Notes: generated from the letters alone by a model not told the origin. A stretch of DNA of 64,000 nucleotides from a virus (IMGVR_UViG_3300005259_000074:64001-128000); one strand, 5' to 3'. Positions 18,414 through 27,235 are shown, numbered from the stretch's first letter. Made by a program: numbers and translations.

Positions 18414-18499
18414 TTTCCTTTACATCTGTGTAGAATGGTTGTATATTAGACTCCATTAGGGGAACCAACACGGCTCCCACCAAACGGAGAATGGCAATG
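18414..18499 (+). promoter_or_regulatory. Early promoter plus leader cassette (copy 1)
   Basis: TTTACA(18419)-17-TATATT(18442), CCATTAGGGGAAC, GGAGA SD; paralog of 30034..30122. Confidence 0.8.
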
Positions 18500-18817
18500 A
18501 AAAAGATCACGTCGACAATCCTCGAGAACTCGATGATCGGAATTTTCGTCCAGAAGGGTGTCCCTGCGAGCTGCGGTGCTCGGATGTTCAACAAGACGGC
18601 GGACACCTTCACGTTTGGCAAGGGCTTCTTCTACAGCAATGGGATGACTGCCGAGACATTTGCGGCGAAGGTATTGCTGGACCTCCGCACCTCTGGATAC
18701 ACCGTCGAGAGGCTCGACTGCGGCCAGCATGGGGCGCCTTTCCACGGCGGTGCCGACCGCTTCCAGAGCAAGAACAGCTTCTTCTGGGTCGTATGTAACG
18801 TCACCAAGAACGCTTGA
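18497..18817 (+). CDS. Hypothetical early protein
   Basis: first gene after the promoter; start set by alignment to the 30120 cassette. Confidence 0.8.
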   Translation: MKKITSTILENSMIGIFVQKGVPASCGARMFNKTADTFTFGKGFFYSNGMTAETFAAKVLLDLRTSGYTVERLDCGQHGAPFHGGADRFQSKNSFFWVVCNVTKNA

Positions 18818-18826
18818 GAGGGAGAT

Positions 18827-19045
18827 ATGAAACAGAGATTCTTGTATCTGCTAGTAAGGGAGATGGGAACGCCTCCTAACATAATAAATGCCTTTCCTTT
18901 CGCGAGCGAAGCGGAGCGCGACCAGAAGATCGCAGAGTACCTCGAAGATGACCCGGAACTCAACATCGCGAAAGTGGACACGACTCCCGACAACATGTGG
19001 ATCACCCCGGTCAACCACACCATGTTGAAAAGGAAGAACACATGA
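18827..19045 (+). CDS. Hypothetical protein
   Basis: GAGGGAG SD; coupled to next gene. Confidence 0.75.
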   Translation: MKQRFLYLLVREMGTPPNIINAFPFASEAERDQKIAEYLEDDPELNIAKVDTTPDNMWITPVNHTMLKRKNT

Positions 19046-19347
19046 CACACATCGAGATAGCCGTCGCCGATGACGTCGACCCGAATGTTAAGAAGACTGT
19101 CGGCCACCTCATGGCCGACAAAGACTTCATGAAGATGATCACCGGCATCCGCTCCGTAGGCTCTTCGTGCGTTTTTTTCTTCACGAAGAAAAGCCACAAG
19201 AGCGTAGACAGAGCGATTGCTCTTGCAAAACTGCAAGTCACGGGCGAGGTCGACGTCAGAGACAACGTGTTCGACTGGGGGATCAAACTGGTCAAACGCT
19301 TTCCGGTAGCTCTTGCATCAAAAATTCAAACGAAAGGTCAATTCTGA
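19042..19347 (+). CDS. Hypothetical protein
   Basis: start moved to ATGA overlap (MTHIE). Confidence 0.75.
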   Translation: MTHIEIAVADDVDPNVKKTVGHLMADKDFMKMITGIRSVGSSCVFFFTKKSHKSVDRAIALAKLQVTGEVDVRDNVFDWGIKLVKRFPVALASKIQTKGQF

Positions 19348-19348
19348 C

Positions 19349-19465
19349 ATGGAAGTCTTCATATTTCTTATGTTAGTTTTCATAGCATGCAATCTCCCGA
19401 ATACTTCACGAATAGAAGGTCAGTTAGATAAAATAATCAGACTGTTAGAAGAGAAGAACAAGTGA
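19349..19465 (+). CDS. 38-aa putative membrane peptide
   Basis: MEVFIFLMLVFIAC hydrophobic N-terminus; fills the gap; below ORF-track cutoff. Confidence 0.55.
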   Translation: MEVFIFLMLVFIACNLPNTSRIEGQLDKIIRLLEEKNK

Positions 19466-19498
19466 ACAATACTAGTAAGTGAGAAGATAGGGGTGTAA

Positions 19499-19876
19499 GT
19501 GAGAGACAAGAGTTCGATGGAGTTCTTCTTTAAAGGCGCGCGCGTAGTGTGCACGTTGACAGACTCTATCATGTCATTCTCAATGGAGGACCAGACTAGA
19601 CACACTATCACGAACAACTTAGAAGAGATATACCGCACGTCTATTCCCCATCTACCGATCACCAACATAAAGGAATTCCTCGTCGGCATGCTTAACAAGA
19701 AGAGGGCAATCATCTACAGAGATTCTGATGGCACTTGGAACGTAGTCTTCCACGGTGGCGAAGAGTGGAAATCTCTGGTTGACAAGCTAGTGCCGGAGTG
19801 GGTTGCGACGGATCTGCCGACAGAAGATGTTGCTATGAGAGAGGCGATGTGTCGCATAAAACTAGAAGGACTGTGA
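19499..19876 (+). CDS. Hypothetical protein carrying the family tail
   Basis: non-family fold ending IKLEGL. Confidence 0.78.
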   Translation: MRDKSSMEFFFKGARVVCTLTDSIMSFSMEDQTRHTITNNLEEIYRTSIPHLPITNIKEFLVGMLNKKRAIIYRDSDGTWNVVFHGGEEWKSLVDKLVPEWVATDLPTEDVAMREAMCRIKLEGL

Positions 19877-19989
19877 AATTGCTGTCAACTTACATAGAGA
19901 TGCGCAACAGCGGTTTCGCCCTGAGTGACGTCTACGGAATGACAGGGGACCCTTTCGACGAAGAAGACATAGAACACCCAGTAATATAG
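19873..19989 (+). CDS. 38-aa hypothetical peptide
   Basis: GTGA overlap; fills the gap. Confidence 0.5.
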   Translation: MKLLSTYIEMRNSGFALSDVYGMTGDPFDEEDIEHPVI

Positions 19990-20004
19990 ACAAAGGAGAT
20001 TGAT

Positions 20005-20700
20005 ATGAGAAGAGAATTCGCGATCGTCAGGAAAGTTAAGGTGATCGACTGCGAGGGGAACGAGAAAAACGTCGAGTACTTCTCCGTCATCGGTGGAGCG
20101 AAGGCGACGAAGGAGATCCTCGAGAAGTGGCTCAAGCCCGAGTACGACCCAGTGCTCGAAGAGGCGATGATGCCCATCGCCAACCTCAACGAGCGCAACG
20201 AGGAGGTCGCCAGAGGCCGGGAGAACGGCCCGGTGACTGTCACCACCACGGTCGACGAGTTGGGAGGCGAGGAGAACATCTCCGCATCTGAACTGGACAG
20301 GGTCGCTGCGGAAGACTGCGGGGAGGAAGACTGCGGCTCCTGCAACACTCCTTCGTGCCACGCTCCGAAGAGCAAGACAGAAGAAGCCGAAGAAGAGCCG
20401 ATGCCCAACCCCTCTCGCGAGTTCGCCGAGCAGAAGCTCGACGCCATCGTCAACATGGCAGAGTTCTTCAACACCCTCGCGAAGATCGCGAAGGAGATCA
20501 AAGAGACCGCTAAAGAAGACGACTTCGAAGCTGCTCTTCGCGTGAAGGGCTCATTCTACGACATCGACCAGGCACTGGGCGAACACCCGGAAGTCCCAGT
20601 GCTCACCAAACTCGATTTGAAGAAAGTCAACCGCTGGTTCAACGAGATAGCGGCGGACCTATTGCAAGTCCCGATGAAACCGGAAGAAGAGGAAAAATGA
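20005..20700 (+). CDS. Acidic hypothetical protein
   Basis: AAGGAG SD; CxxC..C..H cluster in an acidic linker. Confidence 0.85.
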   Translation: MRREFAIVRKVKVIDCEGNEKNVEYFSVIGGAKATKEILEKWLKPEYDPVLEEAMMPIANLNERNEEVARGRENGPVTVTTTVDELGGEENISASELDRVAAEDCGEEDCGSCNTPSCHAPKSKTEEAEEEPMPNPSREFAEQKLDAIVNMAEFFNTLAKIAKEIKETAKEDDFEAALRVKGSFYDIDQALGEHPEVPVLTKLDLKKVNRWFNEIAADLLQVPMKPEEEEK

Positions 20701-20957
20701 TACTGCTGGCGCTCATAGGATTCGTAGTAATGATATGCGTGATCTTGTACATGCTGTTGTTCTTGATAGCGCTGATACCCAACACCATGTTCTTCGCTAG
20801 CTATCCAGGAGTTTCCATCTGTGTCGTCCTACGTGAAGGATTCAAGAGCGCCAGGGGTTTCGGAGACATAGCTCTGATGGCATTAATCGCATTTACCAGC
20901 ATTCCGCTGATCATCCTACAAGCAATCGGAACACCTTTCGCATCTAAAGATGAGTGA
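20697..20957 (+). CDS. Putative membrane protein
   Basis: 2-3 long hydrophobic segments. Confidence 0.75.
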   Translation: MILLALIGFVVMICVILYMLLFLIALIPNTMFFASYPGVSICVVLREGFKSARGFGDIALMALIAFTSIPLIILQAIGTPFASKDE

Positions 20958-20969
20958 CATAGAGATACT

Positions 20970-21206
20970 ATGAAATCCCCATACAATACGTATGTTCATC
21001 CATATGGGACTTTCATAACCTGTAAAGTACCTCCGGATGAACAGTGCACACACGCATGTAAGTACTTTGGATGTAGAAATGAATATCTTCCAGTAACTTT
21101 GAAATATGCTGGACAATGCCGGCACTTCTCGTGGTCGAACAGCGAGTGCATGAATCCAGATGTCAGGAAAGAAGTGAAATTGGTAGAGGAGATGGAACTA
21201 ATTTGA
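20970..21206 (+). CDS. Cys-rich miniprotein, C-tail family
   Basis: CKYF..C..C, ends EMELI. Confidence 0.85.
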   Translation: MKSPYNTYVHPYGTFITCKVPPDEQCTHACKYFGCRNEYLPVTLKYAGQCRHFSWSNSECMNPDVRKEVKLVEEMELI

Positions 21207-21424
21207 ATATCAAAGATGAAACGTACTACGGCTTCACATACAATCCCCGGTGGAAAGCTGATTGCAAGAACGGTATCCACCTCTGGGACGAGGTGCTGTC
21301 TGCGGACGGACACTATCTAGTGTGTGATGAGTGCCAGTTGATGATACGCATCGAGAGCAAAGCGGTAGACCGCTCGTACGAAGAGCCAGAGTACTCGCTC
21401 AACAAGAAACTGGAGGAGATATGA
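21203..21424 (+). CDS. Small Cys/His protein, C-tail family
   Basis: TTGA overlap; C..H..CxxC; ends KLEEI. Confidence 0.75.
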   Translation: MNIKDETYYGFTYNPRWKADCKNGIHLWDEVLSADGHYLVCDECQLMIRIESKAVDRSYEEPEYSLNKKLEEI

Positions 21425-21681
21425 ATGCCCCACGTTCGTGCTGCAAGAGGATAAACGGACGCTTCTTGTGCTACCGCTACGCCGTCCCGGAAGCAGTGTG
21501 CGCGTATTTCTTGCACAAACCGGGTGTTCATGATGACCCTAAGTTAGTGCCATCTAGATGCGAATTCGCGTTAGATCCAGCTATTACAGGCACTTCTACC
21601 AAAGGACTGATCACGATAGAAATCTTCGGAGAGTGCTTCAACGACGAGGCGAAGCTGTTAGCTGAGCTGGAGGAGATATGA
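21421..21681 (+). CDS. Cys-rich miniprotein, C-tail family
   Basis: start moved to MNAPRSCC; ends ELEEI. Confidence 0.85.
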   Translation: MNAPRSCCKRINGRFLCYRYAVPEAVCAYFLHKPGVHDDPKLVPSRCEFALDPAITGTSTKGLITIEIFGECFNDEAKLLAELEEI

Positions 21682-21935
21682 ACGGCTGCGAGATTATAGT
21701 CTGTGACACTGGAGATGCTTGGGCAAACTGCAGGACATCGACGGAGAGCAATCTGATAGAGACTATGTGTGAGTTCTTTAAAGATACTTCAAACACGTAT
21801 CCACAGTGTGTCTACAACAAAAAGTTCCCGCAGTGTACTTGTATCACGGCGATAGAGAAAGCTTGTGCACAGCAGGGGATAGACACCTCGGTCATATGGA
21901 ACTCCATAGCAGAAGAAAAATTGGACGACATATGA
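21678..21935 (+). CDS. Cys-rich miniprotein, C-tail family
   Basis: CEFF..CTC, ends KLDDI. Confidence 0.85.
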   Translation: MNGCEIIVCDTGDAWANCRTSTESNLIETMCEFFKDTSNTYPQCVYNKKFPQCTCITAIEKACAQQGIDTSVIWNSIAEEKLDDI

Positions 21936-21936
21936 C

Positions 21937-22164
21937 ATGACAACACCGTCGACAAGAAACAACCAGTGCGTAGTAACGAAGCAGACGGGTGGAACATTCT
22001 ACAAGTGCGTCGACAACAGATTTCCCTTTCAATCTGCGTGTTCGTTCTTTGTGCTGTATCTTTCTCTGTACAAATGCAAGTACTATGAGTCACAATGCGG
22101 CAATTGCACCAACAAAAAAGCGATGAGAGACGCACTCGCAATGAAGAGATTGGACGACTTATGA
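21937..22164 (+). CDS. Cys-rich miniprotein, C-tail family
   Basis: CSFF..CKYY, ends RLDDL. Confidence 0.85.
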   Translation: MTTPSTRNNQCVVTKQTGGTFYKCVDNRFPFQSACSFFVLYLSLYKCKYYESQCGNCTNKKAMRDALAMKRLDDL

Positions 22165-22406
22165 GCCAGAAGAAGAACTTCTGCGTCTGGAAAGACACTA
22201 CCGACGTGATCGGCCTCAGCTACTCTTATGCTAGGTGTGAGGCGTCTTTAAATATGTGGAGACATCAGACGGAATGCGCATTTTTCGTCCCAAAACTCAA
22301 ATGGTCAGACTCTTGTCTATTCTTCGCGTTCGACGAACTTCCAACGTGTTTGTGTAGCGCTGCTATCAGTGAATCACAACTCATGAAGAAGATAGAAGAC
22401 ATATGA
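22161..22406 (+). CDS. Cys-rich miniprotein, C-tail family
   Basis: start moved to MSQKKNFC; ends KIEDI. Confidence 0.85.
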   Translation: MSQKKNFCVWKDTTDVIGLSYSYARCEASLNMWRHQTECAFFVPKLKWSDSCLFFAFDELPTCLCSAAISESQLMKKIEDI

Positions 22407-22621
22407 AGAAAAACATGGGTGTGATAGTTGAGAGCAAAGCTACGAACACAGAGGAACTACTGTGCATTGCGATATCTGACTTCTTTGAAACGGAGTGCAA
22501 GTTCTATTCACAGTCTGAAGGTGAATTCCGAATATGTAAGCACGCTTTAGATTCTCACTTCTGTGCATGTGCAGAAGCTAAAATGGACGCACTGACAGAT
22601 AAGAGGATGAACCAGAAATGA
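22403..22621 (+). CDS. Cys-rich miniprotein, atypical tail
   Basis: CKFY..C..CAC; ends KRMNQK. Confidence 0.82.
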   Translation: MKKNMGVIVESKATNTEELLCIAISDFFETECKFYSQSEGEFRICKHALDSHFCACAEAKMDALTDKRMNQK

Positions 22622-22920
22622 GTGTGGACTATATGAGATCCTACAGGTTAGACATGGAGAATAACCGAAAACGTAAGAAGACGTTGGAACCGATGCAGAA
22701 CTTCTGCAAGGTGTACGAAGAGCTCAACACCGTCACTAGAAAAGTCGACACTGCGCAGAAGACTTGCGCCGCGCCGTCTAACCAAGCGTACCGCTGCACG
22801 TTCTTCAAGTTCAAGTGTCATGACACATGCGAGTACATGGAGTGGTCTGATGAGTTAGACTGCACTAACAAAGAAGCGTACAGAGATGCGATGACGAACG
22901 AGAAGTTAGAGCAGATATGA
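22618..22920 (+). CDS. Cys-rich miniprotein, C-tail family
   Basis: NFC..CTFF, ends KLEQI. Confidence 0.85.
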   Translation: MSVDYMRSYRLDMENNRKRKKTLEPMQNFCKVYEELNTVTRKVDTAQKTCAAPSNQAYRCTFFKFKCHDTCEYMEWSDELDCTNKEAYRDAMTNEKLEQI

Positions 22921-23144
22921 CTGGCTGCAAACTCATCAACAATAGCACCGTGAATTCGGACGGCTTTCCAGTGTGCGGCATAGATATGAACTCGCAGAGC
23001 CTGTCGACATGCGATCACTACACGAGGTACATGGGTTACAACGGTCGACACACGTGTTCCAATTATGATCGGAAGTACAGAGAGTGTCTCAACGAAGAAG
23101 CGATAAAGGAAGCGAAATTAGACAGACGATTGGAGAACTTGTGA
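22917..23144 (+). CDS. Cys-rich miniprotein, C-tail family
   Basis: CDHY.., ends RLENL. Confidence 0.85.
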   Translation: MTGCKLINNSTVNSDGFPVCGIDMNSQSLSTCDHYTRYMGYNGRHTCSNYDRKYRECLNEEAIKEAKLDRRLENL

Positions 23145-23205
23145 AACGACTGGAGAACGTCACTATCGCGGGCACCCGTTCACTAGTCTTTCCGCGGTAT
23201 ATGAT

Positions 23206-23388
23206 ATGTCTTCACAGGATAAAGTACTCGTGTGGCAGTACGAGTGTCGTGACAATATGATAGAGGAGAACGTTAAGTCTATGATTGACAACCGCCGTTC
23301 GTGCAAATACGTGAGGCTGCTGTCCAATAACGACGTATTCTGTATTCACGAAGAAGCAACACTACAAAGAAGACTGGAAGAACTATGA
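23206..23388 (+). CDS. Cys-containing miniprotein, C-tail family
   Basis: C..CKY..C, ends RLEEL; coupled to radical SAM gene. Confidence 0.8.
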   Translation: MSSQDKVLVWQYECRDNMIEENVKSMIDNRRSCKYVRLLSNNDVFCIHEEATLQRRLEEL

Positions 23389-24458
23389 ACACTGAGATTA
23401 TGAGGCTCTGGCACCGCGCAGTTAAAGATGGGAAGATTAAGGAGAATGAAAACTTCAAGATCTTGTTCTCACCGGAATACAACTTCGCTTTCGACAAGCG
23501 CACAGGCATGTTCGCTCGCTGGGGGAAGACTCTCGAAGAAGACCCTCAGTGGAGTCCCTACGGTCCGGAGATTGCTGACATAGAGATATCTGCAGGTGAG
23601 TGCTCGTCTCGGTGCGCGTTCTGCTACAAGGGGAACGGCGACCATTCCGGCAGAGCCAACAACATGTCTCTCGACACGTTCAAGAAGCTGTTCAGCAAGC
23701 TCCCGAAGACCGTCACACAGATCGCCTTCGGCATATGCGACGTCACCACTAACGAGGACTTCTTTTCCATCATGGAGTACTCGAAGTCGAACGGCGTCAT
23801 CCCGAACTACACATGCAACGGGCACTTCGTGACTGACGGAGTCGCCATGGCCACAGCAGCTCTCTGCGGCGCAGTGGCTGTGTCAGTCGTCGACAAGCAG
23901 CTCAGCTACGACGCCATCAAGAAGTTCACAGATGCTGGGATGAAGCAAGTGAACATACACGCCCTACTCAGCGAAGAGACCTACGACAAGTGCATGGGCA
24001 TCGTAGACGACATGGCGACTGACCCTCGCTTAGCTAAAATGAGGGCTATAGTGTTCCTCCAGTACAAGCACAAGAATCCGAAGTCTCCGTTCCACTCGAT
24101 GATAGACAAGGTGAAGTACCAGAAGTTGGTCGCGCACTGCCAGCGGAGGGGGATTAACTTCGGCTTCGACTCATGCTCCGCAAACCTCTTCGTCGAGAGC
24201 ATGGAGGGACATCCTCAGCTAGACCAGTTTAAGTCCGTCTCAGAGCCATGTGAGAGTGGAGTATTCAGTTCCTATATCAATTGGGAGGGAAAGTTCTTCC
24301 CGTGCAGCTTCTGCGAGAACGTGAAAGACTGGAAAGAAGGACTGGATGCAGTCAACTGCGAGGACTTCTTAAAAGACGTGTGGATGCATCCTCGTGTGCA
24401 GGAGTTCCGCGCTAGACTACTGGATAACAAACGCAATTGCTTGATGTACAACATATAA
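23385..24458 (+). CDS. Radical SAM protein with SPASM/twitch-like C-terminus
   Basis: CSSRCAFC (CxxxCxxC); C-terminal CESG..YINWEGKFFPCSF. Confidence 0.93.
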   Translation: MNTEIMRLWHRAVKDGKIKENENFKILFSPEYNFAFDKRTGMFARWGKTLEEDPQWSPYGPEIADIEISAGECSSRCAFCYKGNGDHSGRANNMSLDTFKKLFSKLPKTVTQIAFGICDVTTNEDFFSIMEYSKSNGVIPNYTCNGHFVTDGVAMATAALCGAVAVSVVDKQLSYDAIKKFTDAGMKQVNIHALLSEETYDKCMGIVDDMATDPRLAKMRAIVFLQYKHKNPKSPFHSMIDKVKYQKLVAHCQRRGINFGFDSCSANLFVESMEGHPQLDQFKSVSEPCESGVFSSYINWEGKFFPCSFCENVKDWKEGLDAVNCEDFLKDVWMHPRVQEFRARLLDNKRNCLMYNI

Positions 24459-24466
24459 GGAGACCT

Positions 24467-24721
24467 ATGAAAGAACAGAGTAAGACAACAGATGCTGTAA
24501 AGACTGTCACTATTCCAATGTCACTAGTCAACGACATCAACCACGCTCTCTTTGAAGCAGATATTGCGATGACTGAGTTCTGGCAAGTGCAGGAGAAGCG
24601 CTTCGCCAAAGAAGAATTCACTAAGCGAGCGGTGTTAGGCGCTCTGACGGACAAGATCCTCTTCATGAAAGCCGCTAAAGAAAAATTGGAAGAAGCTGCT
24701 ATCACACAGCGCCGAGGATGA
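24467..24721 (+). CDS. Hypothetical helical protein
   Basis: AGGAG SD; start moved to MKEQS. Confidence 0.75.
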   Translation: MKEQSKTTDAVKTVTIPMSLVNDINHALFEADIAMTEFWQVQEKRFAKEEFTKRAVLGALTDKILFMKAAKEKLEEAAITQRRG

Positions 24722-25191
24722 CGATGAAGACGTACTTCAGTGACGAACTACTCCCAACTGACTTCGACGGAAGTGTATTCCTCGCTGGACCGACTCCGCG
24801 AGACCGCGCTCTCAAGTCATGGAGGCCAATGGCAGTAGAGATGTTGACCTTCGGCGGCACCTTCAAGAAGTGTTTCATTCCAGAGAGAAAAGATTGGAAA
24901 GTTGGATTCGACTACATAGACCAAGTGGAATGGGAGCTCGAAGCGCTCGAGAAGTGCTCCGTCATATTGTTCTGGGTTCCACGAGACATTAAGACTATGC
25001 CAGCATTCACGACGAACGTTGAGTTCGGGATGTTCGTGCGAGACTCGAGGAGCGTGTACGGCCGCCCTCCCAATGCAGAGAACTGTAGATACCTCGACTA
25101 CGTGTACAAAAAGTTCAGAGGGCTCCGCCCGGCAGTTAACTTGCAGATACTCGTGTCTAGCGCTGAGAACACTATGGTGAACTCGTGTTGA
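24718..25191 (+). CDS. Nucleoside 2-deoxyribosyltransferase-like protein
   Basis: VFLAGPTPR, QVEWE, ILFWVPRDIKTMPAFTTNVEFG motifs. Confidence 0.85.
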   Translation: MTMKTYFSDELLPTDFDGSVFLAGPTPRDRALKSWRPMAVEMLTFGGTFKKCFIPERKDWKVGFDYIDQVEWELEALEKCSVILFWVPRDIKTMPAFTTNVEFGMFVRDSRSVYGRPPNAENCRYLDYVYKKFRGLRPAVNLQILVSSAENTMVNSC

Positions 25192-25625
25192 CGTCAATAA
25201 GGCTGGCTGAGGTATTGATCAACCCTCCGTATAAATTCGAGCGCCATAATTTGTACTCCGTGTGCTCTATAGAAGACACCTCAGTCAATCTGATATGGAT
25301 GTGGAAACCAGAAGACGTCGCGACGGTGCAGCGTGCGTGGTTAGAAGATGTGATATCGCTCTATGATAGCGGCGTATTCGCCGAGGAGAGACGGCAGATT
25401 TTCAGATCTTGGTTCGAAGACTCAAAGTGTAGAGTCGGTTGCATATACAGCATCTCGAATGCACTTTCTTCTAGGTACGAGAATGACCTCAAAGAGCTAG
25501 GCTCAAGGTTGTCTTGCATAGACATCGCTGGATATGAGTGGAGAGAGTACTTTTACGCTGCTGACGAGAGAGGAAGAAAATTCTTGCAAGAAGCAGAGAT
25601 CATGGCAAAACTAGAACTGTTGTGA
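25185..25625 (+). CDS. Hypothetical protein carrying the family tail
   Basis: non-family fold ending AKLELL. Confidence 0.78.
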   Translation: MLTSIRLAEVLINPPYKFERHNLYSVCSIEDTSVNLIWMWKPEDVATVQRAWLEDVISLYDSGVFAEERRQIFRSWFEDSKCRVGCIYSISNALSSRYENDLKELGSRLSCIDIAGYEWREYFYAADERGRKFLQEAEIMAKLELL

Positions 25626-25658
25626 AGTATATTATCAAGAACTTTGAGAGGACGAAAG

Positions 25659-26111
25659 ATGAAAGTTAGAGTCGGGTTCGTCAGCAACAGCAGCTCTAGC
25701 AGTTTCGTAGTGTCAGGACCCGGAGAGTTGATCCTCGAGAACACTCTCGTCGGCAAAATCTATGTTATCGGAGCTAATGGTAAGAGAGAGTTCGGCTGGG
25801 AGAGAGAACGGACTTTTGATTTTGATTCGAAGGTTAACTGGGCAGCAATGCAGGCGATGTACTCTCCAGACGACTTGCTCGAGATGAAGATGTACATGCT
25901 GGAGAACGTCATCAAAGAGCACATGGGAGCGGCCCACGTGGATATCTCGTTGCAGATCGATGATTACGACAAACCTGGGTACGGCTACATAGACCACCAG
26001 TCGACTTCATCAGAAGACGATAGTTTCTTAGAGATATTTGAGTCGGAACAACAGCTGAAGGAGTTCCTGTTCTGCCCGAAGAACTACATACAAGGTGGAA
26101 ATGACAACTGA
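25659..26111 (+). CDS. NSSSSS-leader family protein
   Basis: MKVRVGFVSNSSSSSFVV; GYIDHQS; ends GGNDN; start moved to 25659. Confidence 0.88.
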   Translation: MKVRVGFVSNSSSSSFVVSGPGELILENTLVGKIYVIGANGKREFGWERERTFDFDSKVNWAAMQAMYSPDDLLEMKMYMLENVIKEHMGAAHVDISLQIDDYDKPGYGYIDHQSTSSEDDSFLEIFESEQQLKEFLFCPKNYIQGGNDN

Positions 26112-26120
26112 GGAGACAGC

Positions 26121-26474
26121 ATGAAGTTCAGAGATGGTTTCGTCAGCAATTCGTCCAGCAGTTCTTTCGTCGTGTTCGGCGTCAAGCTGAGCGCTAGAAA
26201 GTTGGGCGAAGAAGACTACTTCATCAGCAGCATCGCAGAAGACATCGGTTGCTACGACGAAGATGGGATGGCGATACTCCTAGGAAATGATGACATCTAC
26301 TTCGGGAAGATACTCGCAGAGGGAGAAGACGACTTGACTGAGAGCGAGACATCAGCAAGAGAATTAGCTGACCTCGAAGAGAGCATCGTCGACAACCTCA
26401 AGAAAGTGCTGAAGAAAGACAAGCAGAACATGAAAATGACGGTCAAGCTCTACACGGGGCAGAGATCATGCTGA
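26121..26474 (+). CDS. NSSSSS-leader family protein
   Basis: MKFRDGFVSNSSSSSFVV; GAGGAG SD. Confidence 0.88.
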   Translation: MKFRDGFVSNSSSSSFVVFGVKLSARKLGEEDYFISSIAEDIGCYDEDGMAILLGNDDIYFGKILAEGEDDLTESETSARELADLEESIVDNLKKVLKKDKQNMKMTVKLYTGQRSC

Positions 26475-26487
26475 CGGGAGATGCAGA

Positions 26488-26859
26488 GTGAAGACTAGAG
26501 ACGGATTCATCAGCAACAGCAGCTCTTCGAGCTTCGTCGTAGTGCTTTCACCGAAGTTCAACATCGATAAGTTCATCGATGAGAACTACGAGAAGAATCC
26601 AGACACTGACGAGGAGCTCGTTTTTGCGGAAGAAGCTCTCTCGAGGTCTGAGTTGGTGGATGTCATCAAACAGATAAGAAGTGGAAAAATCATCTACGAA
26701 AATGACTGCGACTACGGCATCTACGTCAGCCTCCAAGAAAAACTGAAAGATTTCGTGATAGTTGAGAATGAAATTGGACCAGACGAGGGACACATCCTCG
26801 GCTTGAAGATGACCGAACTAGAGAGACAACTCAAAAAGATAAAGGAATACGGAGTATGA
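26488..26859 (+). CDS. NSSSSS-leader family protein
   Basis: GTG start; KTRDGFISNSSSSSFVV. Confidence 0.88.
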   Translation: MKTRDGFISNSSSSSFVVVLSPKFNIDKFIDENYEKNPDTDEELVFAEEALSRSELVDVIKQIRSGKIIYENDCDYGIYVSLQEKLKDFVIVENEIGPDEGHILGLKMTELERQLKKIKEYGV

Positions 26860-27188
26860 AGGTCAGGAATGGTTTCGTGTCGAACAGCAGCTCTTCGAGC
26901 TTCTGCATCTACGGGTTCCGCATCGACGAGCACGACTACGAGCTGCGCGGGCAGATCGAAGAGTGGATATCTAAGAACGTGGGGAACCGCGGGTGGACGA
27001 TTTCCAGTGGTCCCGGTGGAGAGGCCATCTACTGCGGCCGCGACTTCACCACTATCAAAGATGACGAGACAGGCGCTCAGTTCAAGAAGTCGGTCGCGGA
27101 CGCCGTCGAGAAGATGACTGTCGAGCTGGGACTCCCGGAAGATTGCAAGACACTTTCCTCATTCGAAGAAGGCTGGTACGACGGCTGA
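26856..27188 (+). CDS. NSSSSS-leader family protein
   Basis: MKVRNGFVSNSSSSSFCIY; ends EEGWYDG. Confidence 0.88.
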   Translation: MKVRNGFVSNSSSSSFCIYGFRIDEHDYELRGQIEEWISKNVGNRGWTISSGPGGEAIYCGRDFTTIKDDETGAQFKKSVADAVEKMTVELGLPEDCKTLSSFEEGWYDG

Positions 27189-27235
27189 CCCATCCGTCGG
27201 TAATATAGACAGCGAACAAACGAGAACGGAGCACA

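Noticed and set aside
25659-27188. NSSSSS leader as a type IV prepilin (G/F) signal
   Set aside because: Basic residues plus GF fit, but the required hydrophobic helix with E+5 is replaced by polar serines.
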